A stretch of DNA of 64,000 nt, from the NCBI GenBank assembly GCA_964016885.1, contig OZ024742.1, positions 103,664,001-103,728,000 on the forward strand, in the 5' to 3' direction. Positions within the stretch are counted from its first letter, which is position 1; each line of letters opens with the position of its first letter. The position numbers were made by a program, and so were the translations under genes. Shown here one piece after another: positions 12,313-23,882 of this stretch. The stretch is from Eledone cirrhosa. Taxonomy: Eukaryota. The notes under the pieces were generated by a model. That model was not told the origin of the DNA. It made no database searches and saw only the letters and a program-made list of their open reading frames with translations.

Positions 12313-12838
12313 ATCATCATCATCATCATCATCATTTAACGTCCATCTTCCACGCTTGCATGGACAGAGTAGGCAGACCCAGAAAAACCTGGGACAACTT
12401 GATAAATTCCGACCTCACACACTTACACCTCTCCAAGACAATGTCACTGGACCGAGATATTTGGCGCTACACAGTAATATAGAAGACCCGCCTTGCCTAA
12501 GTACAAAGTACAAAGCGAAACCTACAGTCAGTAGGCACCTCTAACAAAAATACACCCCCGCCCCACTACCCCCACCCCATCCACACCACCCCTTTCAATG
12601 TAAAGTTATGTTGGTACCACAACATCCAGTCCGAAACAAATGTGATCGTGTAGGTGTCACGACAAAAAAACACACAGTCCACGCTGTAATGTGGCCGTGT
12701 AGGTAACACGGTAAAAACCTCCCAGTCCACACTGTAAACGTGGTTGGTGTTAGGAAGGGCATCCGGCCGTAGAAAACCCGCCAGACAGTCCTATGCAAGC
12801 AAGACAACCAATCTTGCCTCAAGTGAGACAATTCCCAA
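12313..12838. mobile_element. Short RTE insertion with 5' inversion
   Basis: (CAT)n plus the reverse-complemented RTE terminus at 12313-12363, then GRPRKTWDNLINSDLTHLHLSKTMSLDRDIWRY and 3' UTR on the + strand. Confidence 0.75.
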
Positions 12839-12959
12839 TGTATAATAAACATATATAAGTCTCACTATGAATGTTTTAAGTTTCTACTTGTGTATGAGAC
12901 AGCTACAATTATGTAATGTCGCCCCATGCAATGTAACCAGCATGCGATAGTTTGATTAA

Positions 12960-13493
12960 GGTGTGTGTGGTCCACATTCTCAGGTGGGCAGATATCCGGG
13001 CACTCACTCAGTATATGTTCAGCAGTCTGCCCTGGCAAGCCACATTAGCAAACTGCTGATAGACGCAGCCCCCCCCCCCCCCTCCCCCACCATCCCGAGG
13101 AAGACAATTAACATTAACCTTGATGGCACATCCGTCCCATACAATGCCATACCGACCTATCTCAGAGTGAAATTGGACCAACAGCTGACCTATATGCAAA
13201 TGTGTACATGAGGAACCATCTTCTATGCCACTTTGCAGGCTCATCATGGAGTGCTGACACATTCACCATATATACCAGTGCCCTAGCATTGGTCTACAAT
13301 GCTGTGGAGTATGCCTCTTCTGTTAGGTTCATGAGCTCTCACACTAAGAAGCTAGATACAGCCCTGGACAACACCTTAAGGCTCATTATGGATGTCTCTA
13401 TCTTGCACCACCTGAGTATCTACCTGTGCTCTCAGACATTGCTCCTGCACTCCTTCATAGAGAGCATCACACTCATAGGTTGATAACCAAGGC

Positions 13494-13497
<4 letters not shown>
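12960..13497 (+). mobile_element. Degenerate Ingi/Vingi-like LINE fragment
   Basis: PTYLRVKLDQQLT and AGSSWSAD...TSALALVYNAVEYASSV...HTKKLD..L...LRLI resemble the Ingi/Jockey-group post-RT region; 5' segment repeated at ~10610-10730. Confidence 0.55.
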
Positions 13498-13519
<22 letters not shown>

Positions 13520-13529
<10 letters not shown>

Positions 13530-13675
13530 TAAAATAACAGATTAAAGTTTAAGCAAAGAATCGCTGCTTTCACCCTTAACGGGATCTTCTGAAACTAAAA
13601 AAATCAAACTGTGAACGCTGAAGTAAATGTTTCGAAAAACGTTGCAACCAAAGCCCTCTTTGGATTTTAGTCTTC
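13520..13675. repeat. Unclassified dispersed repeat
   Basis: AAAGTTTAAGCAAAGAATC.CTGCTTTCA...AACGTTGCAACC, also at ~52205-52312. Confidence 0.6.
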
Positions 13676-13692
13676 AAATTTATTATTGTTAC

Positions 13693-13757
<65 letters not shown>

Positions 13758-13849
13758 GTATAAAAATTAAGAAGAGCAGAACAAACAAACATTAAACAAT
13801 TTTTTTAAAAAAATTTAAAAAATGATTTAAATATTTACCCGTTTATAAT

Positions 13850-13930
13850 ACTATTACCGGCGGTTTCGTTTTACAAAAGGTTAGAGATTCGGAGAATTTG
13901 TAACGGAAAAGTAAAGTTCATCAGATAGCT
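13850..13930 (-). ncRNA. Type-I hammerhead ribozyme motif (imperfect stem II)
   Basis: Minus strand reads gctat-CTGATGA...GAAA-CCGCCG-GTA-atagt; stems I and III close. Confidence 0.5.
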
Positions 13931-14175
13931 ATTTCCATACAGTAGGAACTAGTTCCACAATCTGCAAATATAATGCCAACTACCAGCTAGTGTGAGTAAG
14001 GCTGTGAGAATGACCCACACATAAACTGGCCACTAGAAAAAGCGGGAAATATTAGACTTGTTGATGGGTATTCTGCTAAAAAAATACCAGTAAGCAGCAA
14101 CAAATTTTTTTCTCAACATAGATAGGAGAATTCATAAAATGAGGTAAATATCTCTCTGAGTACAAAGTACACATA

Positions 14176-14266
<91 letters not shown>

Positions 14267-14270
14267 CATA

Positions 14271-14302
<32 letters not shown>

Positions 14303-14304
<2 letters not shown>

Positions 14305-14492
14305 ACGAAGGAAATGTGGTAAGGAACCAGGTGGACCATAACGCACCAAAGTACTCAATACTTGAGGTAGTAGAGTGGGTAATCGGAACCAGTAAGACCC
14401 CGACAGCTGAGCTCAAGCCGTTTCGACAGCTAATTGAGTCCAGAATTAGCTGTCGAAACGGCTTGAGCTCAGCTGTCGGGGTCTTACTGGTT

Positions 14493-14494
<2 letters not shown>
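14303..14494. mobile_element. Short fold-back element (Penelope-terminal-repeat-like family), perfect ~51-bp hairpin
   Basis: GGAACCAG...ACAGCTAATT / gagtccag loop / AATTAGCTGT...CTGGTTCC; related copies at 16660-16805, 44927-45129 and 54865-55067. Confidence 0.65.
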
Positions 14495-14542
<48 letters not shown>

Positions 14543-14754
14543 GTATATCTTCTAATATATATATACAGATGCATACCTATGCCAGCAAATATATAGGTTT
14601 TGTCTTAGTAACTTTGTGGTTCAATGCAAGGGGATGCAGAACAATAATATGAAAGACGTAAAATAAGAAAATTGTAAAAATTAACTTACTTACTAAAATT
14701 TCACTCCAACTAATTAGTTTCTGAAAGGGAATAAACATGGTTTCTGAAGAAATA

Positions 14755-14807
<53 letters not shown>

Positions 14808-14936
14808 GTGTGTGTATATATATATATATATGTGTATATATATATATATATATGCATGTATATATATATATATATGTATATATATATGTATATGTATTTA
14901 TATATATATGTATATATATGTATATATATATATTAT

Positions 14937-15122
14937 GTCAGGTAACAAATATTACTGGTAACATGTAACCCAATATAACCAGTTGAATGGTTAAATTGCC
15001 ACTGAGTAAACCAACAACACTACCAACCCTACATGGGGAGGATGGTGATTTCTGAACACCCCACAGAGTAAAAAAACAAAACAGCAAAAAGCAGACGAAT
15101 TCAGGAAAGTCAATAGCCATTC
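14937..15122 (+). mobile_element. 5' part of the (TATG)n-tailed element, degenerate
   Basis: GTCAGGT...TACTGGTAACATGTAACCC...TCAATAGCCAT matches 19451-19640. Confidence 0.55.
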
Positions 15123-15140
15123 AATAATATCATTATATGC

Positions 15141-15370
15141 ATGTTTGAAGCTGTTAAATTAGCAAGAAGCAAACAACACAGGATGATTAGAGACTAGAGA
15201 CAAGAAACACGGCAGGTCTATTGTGTTTGTAGTTATGTGTATTTGCATGTGTATGTAAATGTACGTGAAACTACAAACACAACAGGTTTTCTTACTTGAA
15301 ACCTCCTGAAGTGTTTCTTGCTCATTTTGCTTTTGTTTTTGTTTATTTTTAGTTTAACAGCTTCAAACAT
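15141..15370 (+). other. Long imperfect hairpin with an inner 62-nt stem-loop (15221-15282)
   Basis: ATGTTTGAAGCTGTTAAA pairs with TTTAACAGCTTCAAACAT; CAAGAAACAC with GTGTTTCTTG; TTGTGTTTGTAGTT with AACTACAAACACAA. Confidence 0.75.
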
Positions 15371-15417
15371 TTGGAGAGTTGTACTCATATCTGAAGTGAG
15401 GCGAAGTTAGCAAGTGT

Positions 15418-15998
15418 TGTTAGAGGTGAAATAACACCACAAAATAAATGGCTTCGTTTAAATATAAAATTTACTTCACTTCAGTGAATAAAGGAACAAA
15501 GAATAAGATTACTACAAGTCATAAAGGTTGACAATGTTTTTGCTGTTATTTTGTTAGGCTGAAATAGAGAATGGCAAGATACCATTTGTTAGTCGTAGCA
15601 GCAAGGTAGTAGTCAAAGCTCAGTGGCAAGAGAAGTTGACAGTCTGTAAGACCCAGAGAGAGAGTAGTAATCTATAGACCCCAAGGGGTCTGTAGAAAGC
15701 AAATCTTTTACATCGTTACTCTATCAAGAACTGCTTCAAACTGACTTTTGCTTAGTCTAAGACAGGCTTTTTATATCTGTCGCTTCCTCTGTCTCTTGCC
15801 TTGAGAACCACCAGGGTGACCTCGAGAGATCGCCCATGCATAGACTTGTTTATGCCAAAAAGGAGGTAACACAGAATTTGACCGTTAAATGTCACCCAGG
15901 GGTCAAGGTGTGGACAGATTTCGCTACATACCACGCAAATGTTTGTATTTATAAAATTTAATGTCTTAGTACTTTTAACACCCTGTTTTTCCCCATTT
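15418..15998 (-). mobile_element. Putative LTR with adjacent polypurine tract
   Basis: Minus strand: AAATGGGGAAAAACAGGG immediately before TGTTAAAAG ... CCTCTAACA (TG..CA with short inverted ends); TATAAAAA inside; no TSD found. Confidence 0.45.
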
Positions 15999-16271
15999 CA
16001 AGCATAATTCTTTACTCAAGCTTCTTAGAACTACAAATAAATGAGGAACATTTCATTGTGGCAGCCGGAGTATCTTATACATCTCAATCAATGAAATACT
16101 AGCACTCCATAATATCATGTACTCACAAGAGCATTAAAAATTATAGTATAGGTGGAAGTAGTAGAGATTCTGCACTTGCTTACACTGCAGTGATCTCTGA
16201 CAAGGTTTCGTCAGTGTTAAAGCAGTAAATCATAATTTTGCTCTTTTAGATAAAAAAAAGATTGACAGCTG

Positions 16272-16332
<61 letters not shown>

Positions 16333-16335
<3 letters not shown>

Positions 16336-16660
16336 TCATCATCATCATCACCGTTTTACGTCCATTCTTCCACGCTAGCATGAGTTAGACGGGTTGTCCT
16401 GTTATGGGCAGTTTTCGGTCGGCTGACCTTGTCTTGCTTATCCGGGAACAGATTCTGGCTTGATTTCTACAGCTGGATGCCCTTCCTAACACCAACCTCA
16501 TTTACAGTGAGTGTTGGGTGCTTTTTTTCCGTGGCGCCTACACGTCCACTTTGCAGTGGAATGATAGGGACCCCAGTCCTATCATCTCATTTCTACAGCT
16601 GAGTAAACTGGAGCAATGTGTCTTGTTCAAAGTGTCTTGCTCAAGTAAACAACACATAAC
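16333..16660 (-). mobile_element. SINE family A with RTE tail
   Basis: (CAT)n, CTACAGCTGGATGCCCTTCCTAACACC, AAGTGTCTTGCTCAAG. Confidence 0.7.
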
Positions 16661-16805
16661 TCCAGCCATTTCGACAGCCAGATCCGAACTGAGTTCAGAT
16701 CTAGCTGTCAAAACGACCGGAGCTCAGCCGCCGGGGTCCTGACTCTTTTCCTATTACCCACTCTACTATCCTAAGTATTGGTATCTTACCACACACTCTT
16801 TGTTT
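16660..16805. mobile_element. Fold-back short element, second copy
   Basis: Hairpin centred at ~16691 (GAACT g AGTTC); body GGGGTCCTGACTCTTTTCCTATTACCCACTCTACTA. Confidence 0.6.
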
Positions 16806-16824
16806 TATATATATATATATATAA

Positions 16825-17015
16825 ACAAGAGTTGGCTGAAAAGTTCATAGACTGACCAGGCTACTCTCATGGAATGACCAAATTAGGTTTATTTTTCAAC
16901 ATAGTCCCTGAAAAGAGACAATAAGAAAAGTTGAAAAGAGACAATAAGCAAGATTTTGCAGCTCTAGTGTCATTTCTTCATGATCAGATTATGAACTTTT
17001 CAGCCCACACTCAAA
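16825..17015. mobile_element. Mariner-type MITE
   Basis: GGCTGAAAAGTTCATA ... TATGAACTTTTCAGCC TIRs; homologous to 12105-12306. Confidence 0.7.
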
Positions 17016-17151
17016 TATAATGTGATTGTATGATCCCCTTTATCTATCCATACATGCATCACTCCATCTATTACCTATAAATCCCTTATTTCCCTACTGA
17101 GCTCTCTCTTTGTCCCTTTCTCTCTTTGTCTCTATCTCTATCTGTCTATAT

Positions 17152-17998
17152 CTCTGGCGCGCTCGGAGAAACTCTGGGCGTAGAGGAAGACGAACTGGCC
17201 AGTCTGTTTGGTAGAACCTTCCGCCTGGGACCGATGGACAACTTCCAAAAGTCCCTGGCCTGGCAGTGCTTCCAAGGAGCTCTACCAGTTCGAGACAAGC
17301 TCTACAGACACGGGCGCCCGAGCAGGGACCCTTCGAAAAAGATCTGTCCGAGATGCGTGCGCGACGAGGAAACCGTCGCGTATGCATTTGTACACTGCCC
17401 GGACATTACCGACCTGTGGGGCTATTATGAACGACTATTGTCGTGGGTGGGACCAATCCAGTTGACCACCGAGTCCATTGTCATAATCAAACTGCCACCC
17501 TCCTTCAAAAACGAAGGAGAGGCGGTTTTCCTTTGTGTGATAGCTATGGCAAAAGAAGTTGTATGGTGGACGAGGTTAAAAGGGCTGAGGTCAGACACCT
17601 TTCTCTCCGGCCAACAACTGATTCTTTTTTTCAAATACCACTTTGGAAGAAGAATCAGGATGGAGAGAGAGGTGCTCTACCCCAGCAAGTTTTATGAAAG
17701 GTGGGTGAAAGTGGCGAGAATGGCCCGAGTGAATGGGCCTTCTCTCTATATCAGCCTGTAGGTTGAGGAAAAGGAGGAATAGAGGAAAGGAGTACAAACT
17801 CTTCTTACTCCTGGAGATTAGGGTTGCACATTTTTTTTCAGGGGTGTGTTACCCATATGTAATGTCACCCTCTATTGGGGAAAATCGATTAACTTTTAAA
17901 TTACATTTGTGATAATATTTTACACGTTTTTATTGTATGTAAACTTCCCTCTTTGTATTTGTCCCCTTCTTTTGTGCCCCTGTGGCTAATAAAGAAAC
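17152..17998 (+). mobile_element. 5'-truncated Tx1/L1-like LINE
   Basis: QKSLAWQCFQGALPVRDKL...CPRCVRDEETVAYAFVHCP; same family as 6648-7746; ends in AATAAAGAAA. Confidence 0.8.
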
Positions 17999-18143
17999 AT
18001 ATCTATCATATATATGTTATATATTGATCAATCGATGGATTAACAAGATCACAGCCCTTACACATTTACCAAATGGGGTGGAACTCGTCAGATGAAACCA
18101 AGGAAACAATGTTTCCTTTGTTCTTTCCCTTGCTGATACTATC

Positions 18144-18232
<89 letters not shown>

Positions 18233-18330
18233 ACATATATATATATATATAATGTGTGTGTGTATGTGTATATGTATATATATATATTTGTATATATGTA
18301 TACATATATAAATGTATGTAAATATGTATG

Positions 18331-18364
<34 letters not shown>

Positions 18365-18446
18365 TGTATGTATATATATATGTATATATATGTATATATT
18401 TATGTATATATATACATGTATATATACATATATATATACATACATA

Positions 18447-18795
18447 TATGGAGGTACATGGCTTAGTGGTTAGAGCATTGGCCTTGCAATCGAAAGGTTG
18501 TGAGTTCAATTCTCAGACCGGGTGAAGTGTTGTTTCCTTGAGCAAGACACTTTATTTCACATTGCTCCAGTTTACTCAGCTGTAGAAATGAGATGATAGG
18601 GACTGGGTTCCCTATCATTCCACTGCAAAGTGGACGTGTAGGCGCCATGGCAAAAAGGCACCCAACACTCACTGTAAATGAGGTTGGTGTTAGGAAGGGC
18701 ATCCAGCTGTAGAAATCAAGCCAGAATCAGTTCCCGTCCCACCCTTGCAAGCAGGGAAAAGCGGACATAAAATGAAATGATGATGAAATGATGAT
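18447..18795 (+). mobile_element. SINE family A with RTE tail, full length
   Basis: Near-identical to 1825-2160. Confidence 0.8.
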
Positions 18796-18802
18796 ATATA
18801 TA

Positions 18803-19179
18803 TGGTGGCTGCCAACTCGTTTTCGAGTACGGCCACTACTTTATATCCATGTAGGAGAACCCCTACCGATGCGCTGAACGAGTGTGACTTTTTAGTCCAG
18901 CCAGCGACTTGAAAACTCTGGTAGAAACACTTCACTTGTGACAATTATTGACACATAGTGCTGGGTCACATACCATGTGGCGACAAGTGCTGAGAGATCT
19001 CCAGATATAAAGCAATGCCTGTGTCGTGAAGCTTTTATAGTGAGCAAAGGCACTGCATAAAGCCAGTCCCTCTCTCTTAACCAAGATGATATTTACCAAA
19101 AAGAAGAACAAGTCAACATCATTGGATACCATCAGGGTTGCAGGTGTTATATCAGAGTTTTCCTTCTCCTAGAAGTCTG

Positions 19180-19181
<2 letters not shown>
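18803..19181 (-). mobile_element. (TATG)n-tailed element, 3' part (inverted relative to 19679-20060)
   Basis: Same translated segments appear on opposite strands in the ORF track; nucleotide match about 375 bp. Confidence 0.8.
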
Positions 19182-19215
<34 letters not shown>

Positions 19216-19261
19216 CAGAATTATGTATATATATATATGTATATATATATACATATATATT

Positions 19262-19303
<42 letters not shown>

Positions 19304-19308
19304 AATAC

Positions 19309-19339
<31 letters not shown>

Positions 19340-19450
19340 CACATACACACACATATATATGTATATATTTATGTATATATATATATATATGTATGTATAT
19401 ATATATATGTGTATGTATGTATATATGTATGTATGTATATATGTATGTAT

Positions 19451-20118
19451 GTCAGGTCACCAGTTGGTGCTACTGGTAACATGTATCCCAGTACAACCTG
19501 TCTCATGGTCGGGTCGTTGGTGACTAAACTGGCAACCCCACCAAGGTTTCTTGGTGAGGAGGGTGACTTTGGACATCCTGCAGGACTAAAAACAAAACCT
19601 GTCAAAGGGCAAAGGAGCTCTTAAGAATCAATGGCCATCCAAAATCACCGGGAGAGATGACCCCTTAGCCTTTGTCAAGGCAGAATTCTAGGAGAAGGAA
19701 AACTCTGATATAACACCTGCAACCCTGATGGTATCCAATGATGTTGACTTGTTCTTCTTTTTGGTAAATATCATCTTGGTTAAGAGAGTGGGACTGGCTT
19801 TGTGCAGTGCCTTTGCTCACTATAAAAGCTTCACGGCACAGGCATTGCTTTATATCTGGAGATCTCTCTGCACTTGTCGTCACATGGTACCATGGGCCCA
19901 GCACTATGTGTCAATAATTGTCACAAGTGAAGTGTTTCTACCAGAGTTTTCAAGTCGCTGGCTGGACTAAAAAGTCACATTCGTTCAGCGCATCGGTAGG
20001 GGTTCTCCTACATGGATATAAAGTAGTGGCTGTACTCGAAAACGAGTTGGCAGCCGCCATGTATGTATGTATGTATGTATGTATGTATGTATGTATGTAT
20101 GTATGTATGTATGTATAT
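19451..20118 (+). mobile_element. Apparently full-length (~610 bp) non-autonomous retroelement with (TATG)n tail, probably RTE-derived
   Basis: Starts GTCAGGTCAC in a (TATG)n tract, contains CTAGGAGAAGGAAAACTCTGA, ends GGCAGCCGCCA(TGTA)n. Confidence 0.7.
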
Positions 20119-20272
20119 GAGTTCTTCCGCCTTTTGTCAGATTTTGTTTTTTGTCCTGCATGGTGTCCAAAATCCCCCTCCTCACCAAGTAAACTTGATG
20201 GGGTTGCCGGTTTAGTCGCAGATGACCCGACTATGCGACAGGTTGTACTGGGTTATATGTTACCAGTAGCAT
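20119..20272 (-). mobile_element. 5' part of the same family, inverted
   Basis: Reverse complement of ~19468-19620. Confidence 0.65.
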
Positions 20273-20334
20273 GTACAATAGGTATGTATATGTATATGTG
20301 TATATGCATGGGTGCATGTGTATGTATATGCGCG

Positions 20335-20700
20335 GGGACATAGAAATAGTCGGGCTGGACACCCGATCTCGCTGTTAAACCACTGGGAGTGAAGGACCCC
20401 TAGCCTTTGTCAGGGCATTCTTCTAGGAGAAGGCAACTCAGGAAACTGGGATAACTCCGATATAAAACCTGCGGCTCAGTAGTTACCGATGATGTTGATC
20501 CTTTCTTCTTTTCGGGTTATAGCTACTGTCGCTCAGAGAGTGGGATTGGCTCAGTGCACAGTCTTTCCTCACTTTAAAAATATCTTCATGCACAGGCATT
20601 GCTCGATAGAATTAATTAATAATTATTAATAATAGTATATCGTGCAATGGCCATACTCTATTAAGAGGGGGCAGCCATCATGTATGTATATATGTATGTA
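20335..20700 (+). mobile_element. (TATG)n-tailed element, second subfamily, 3' half
   Basis: Matches 6116-6405 in reverse; ends GGGGGCAGCCATCATGTATG. Confidence 0.7.
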
Positions 20701-21203
20701 TGTATATATATATATATATATGTATATATATGTATATATATATATGTATATATATATCTATATATATATGTATCTATATATGTATATATATATATATGTA
20801 TATATGTATGTATATATATATGTAAGAAAGTTTGCAACACGAATCGGTGCGAAATTTATAGTACTTATTCACGTGACACAACAACCAACCAAATCTTAAT
20901 ACCTCTGGAGCCACTTTTTTCACATAAAACAGGAAGAATTTCCAAAACTGATCAGAGCGCTCTATCTCAAAATTATTTTTGAAAAGCATTAGAAATGCGC
21001 AAGCAACCGGTAAAAACTAAACTGAATACTAACCAATACTTATTACTAATTTATACTTATTCCTAATTAAACTATTTTTCACTGGGAAAAATTTGTCAGC
21101 ATTTTCTTTTCTTTTTTACTAATATATCACAACTCGTGTGTCAAACCTTTATTTTTTTAAATACATATGTATATATATATGTATATATATATGTATATAT
21201 ATG

Positions 21204-23872
21204 TCATCATCATCATCATCAGGTTTAGCGTCCGTGTTCCACGCTTGCATGGGTTTGGACGGGGGTTTTCCCACTTGAGGCAAGAGTGGTTGTCTTGCTC
21301 GCATAGGACTGTCTGGCGGGTTTTCTACAGTTGGATGCCCTTCCTAACACCAACCACATTTACAGTGTGGGGCTGGGAGGTTTTTACCGTGTTGCCTACA
21401 CGGCCACATTACAGCGTGGACTGTCTGGCGAGTTTTCTACAGCTGGATGTCCTTCCTAACACCAACCACATTTACAGTGTGGGGCTGGGAGGTTTTTACC
21501 GTGTTGCCTACACGGCCACATTTACAGCGTGGACTGTGTGTTTTTTGTCGTGACACCTACACGATCTCATTTGTTTCGGCCTGGATGTTGTGGGACCAAC
21601 ATAACTTTACATTGAAAGGGGCGGTGTGGGTGGGGTGGAGGTGGTGGGACGGGGGTGTGTTTTGATAGAGATGCCTACTGACTGTAGTAGGTTTTTACTT
21701 TGTATTTAGGTAAGGCGGGTCTTCTCTATTACTGAGTACCGCCAAAGGTCTCGGTCCAGTGACATTGTCTTGGAGAGGTGTAAGCGTGTGAGGTCGGAAT
21801 TTATCAGCTCGTCCCATGTTTTTCTGGGTCTGCCTACTCCGTGGCTACCGTCTATCTTTATTGCCCTGCACTTTGTTATACAGCTGTCGTCTTTCATGCG
21901 CATCACGTGACCGTACCAACGTAGCCTTCTCTCGAGTAAACAACATCTGATCCCTCTTATTTCTAATTTTTTCCTTAGTTCGTTTATGCTTTGCCGTTCA
22001 CGTATATTACTATTGCACATCCAGCGGAGCATGCAAGCTTCGTTCCTCTCTAGTCTGCGTATATCCTCTGCACACAATGCCCAGGTCTCACTGCCATGCA
22101 GCATTGCTGTTCGTATGCAGGCATCGTATAACCTGCCTTTCATTTTTAGGGAGAACCCTCTAGCGGCTAATAGTGGTATAAGCTCTCTGAACTTTTTCCA
22201 TCCAGTTGTGACTCTAGCTACTGTACTTTCAGAGCACCCTCCCCCACTGCTGATTTTGTCACCCAGATAACGGAAGCTGTCCACTATTTCTATAGAACCC
22301 TCTGCGCAGTTGAAGGAGCTAGTATTTCGTGGGCACTTGCTGCTACTTATTGCACCAGAGCACCGGCCACATGTAAAATCTATGTTCTTAGTTAGCTTAC
22401 CTGTGATCCCACTACATCTTTTATGCACCCATACTTTGCATTTGGGACATAAAATGGAGTTTCTACCTACGCCTTTCCTACACACTGAGCATGGCCATTT
22501 CCCCGATGGGACCGCCGCCTTATTTTCTTTCCTACAAACTAGAACTTTAGTCTTAGCCAGGTTAATTTTAAGGCCTTTTGATTCTAGGCCGTGCTTCCAC
22601 GTTTGGAATTTCTTCTCTAGTTCGGTCATTGATTCAGCTATGAGCGTTAGATCATCTGCGTATAGGAGTTCCCATGGGCAGCCGGTCTTGAACTCCTCTG
22701 TTATAGCCTGAAGGGCAATAATAAATAGTAGGGGGCTAAGAACAGAGCCCTGATGGACACCAACTTTTACGCTAAACTCTTCACTATATTCGTTGTTAAT
22801 TCTAACCTTACTGACTGTTTCTTTATACATGGCTTGTATAGCTCTCACAAGCCATTCGTCAACACCTAGTTTTCTAAGAGACCACCAGATAATGGAACGG
22901 GGGACTCTGTCGAAGGCTTTCTCCAAGTCGACGAAAGCTAAGTATAGGGGTTAACTTTTAGCTAGGTACTTCTCCTGTAGTTGTCGTACAATGAAAAGAG
23001 CGTCTGTGGTACTTTTGCCTGACACAAACCCGAACTGCATTTCATCTAGATCAATTCTCTCTCTGATTAGTTGCGCTATTACTTTTTCCGTGACCTTCAT
23101 GACCTGGTCGATTAATTTAATGCCTCTATAGTTACTCCTATCTAGGGCATCTCCTTTTCCCTTATAGCAGTTAACGATGATGCTGCTACGCCAGTCCTTC
23201 GGAACAACCCCATTCTGTACGACTTGGTTAACTATCCGGGTGACCATGGTGTGTCCCACCGAACCAGATGCCTTCAGCATCTCAGCAACTATTTCCGAAG
23301 GACCAGCCGCCTTACCCGTCTTCATATCTTTGATTGCCTTGCTTATTGTACTACCCTGGACTAACACAGCTGGTCCCTCTATTGGGTCGATGTGGGGGAG
23401 ACTGTCTTTCTCCCATTTGTTCTCCTCATTTAGAAGCCTTTCGTAGTGACACTTCCAAGCTACCTTCTTATCAGCGTCGGTGATGGCAAGTATGCCATCA
23501 TCGTTAAGTACACACTTCTCCCCGACAATATCACGGTTTTCCTTGACACATTGCCTGGCAATCCTGAACACCTCACGTTTTTGGTCCTCACGTTGTAGAA
23601 CATACTTGAACTTTCTTTCCTCTGCTTCCCTTCTTGCAAAGTACACTTGTCTCCTAGCTTCCCTCCTGGCCACTTGATAGTCTTCTCTACTTCCTCCATC
23701 CCGCCATACTTTCCAAGCCTGCTTTTTGGCCTTAATTGACTCCTCCACCTTACTGTTCCACCACCATGTTACTCTCCTCCTACCTACAGGCCTGCTCCAG
23801 CCACAGACTTCGTCTGCCGCCGTCAGCAGGTTTGCTCTCAGGAATTCCCACTGTTCCTCTATATTATACGAC
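21204..23872 (-). mobile_element. 5'-truncated RTE-clade LINE (RT, no APE domain)
   Basis: ORFs 22951-23748 and 21706-22926: NYRGIKL, QFGF, KAFDRVP, GVHQGSVLSP, YADD, Cys/His finger, YLG, RLRWYGHVMRM...GRP; (GAT)n tail; one in-frame stop between the ORFs. Confidence 0.92.
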
Positions 23873-23882
23873 TATATATATA

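Noticed and set aside
12960-13070. HDV-like ribozyme at the 5' end of the Ingi-like fragment
   Set aside because: Could not fit the P1-P4 pseudoknot by eye; needs a descriptor search
14076-14961. YI/IY-repeat ORFs here and at many other loci
   Set aside because: Stop-free translations of (TA)n and (TATG)n tracts
18447-18525. tRNA gene
   Set aside because: A/B-box head continues into a SINE body and tail repeated many times; no clean acceptor stem
21986-22711. Conserved antisense ORFs repeated in each RTE copy
   Set aside because: Shadow frames of the RT coding strand, conserved only because the copies are recent
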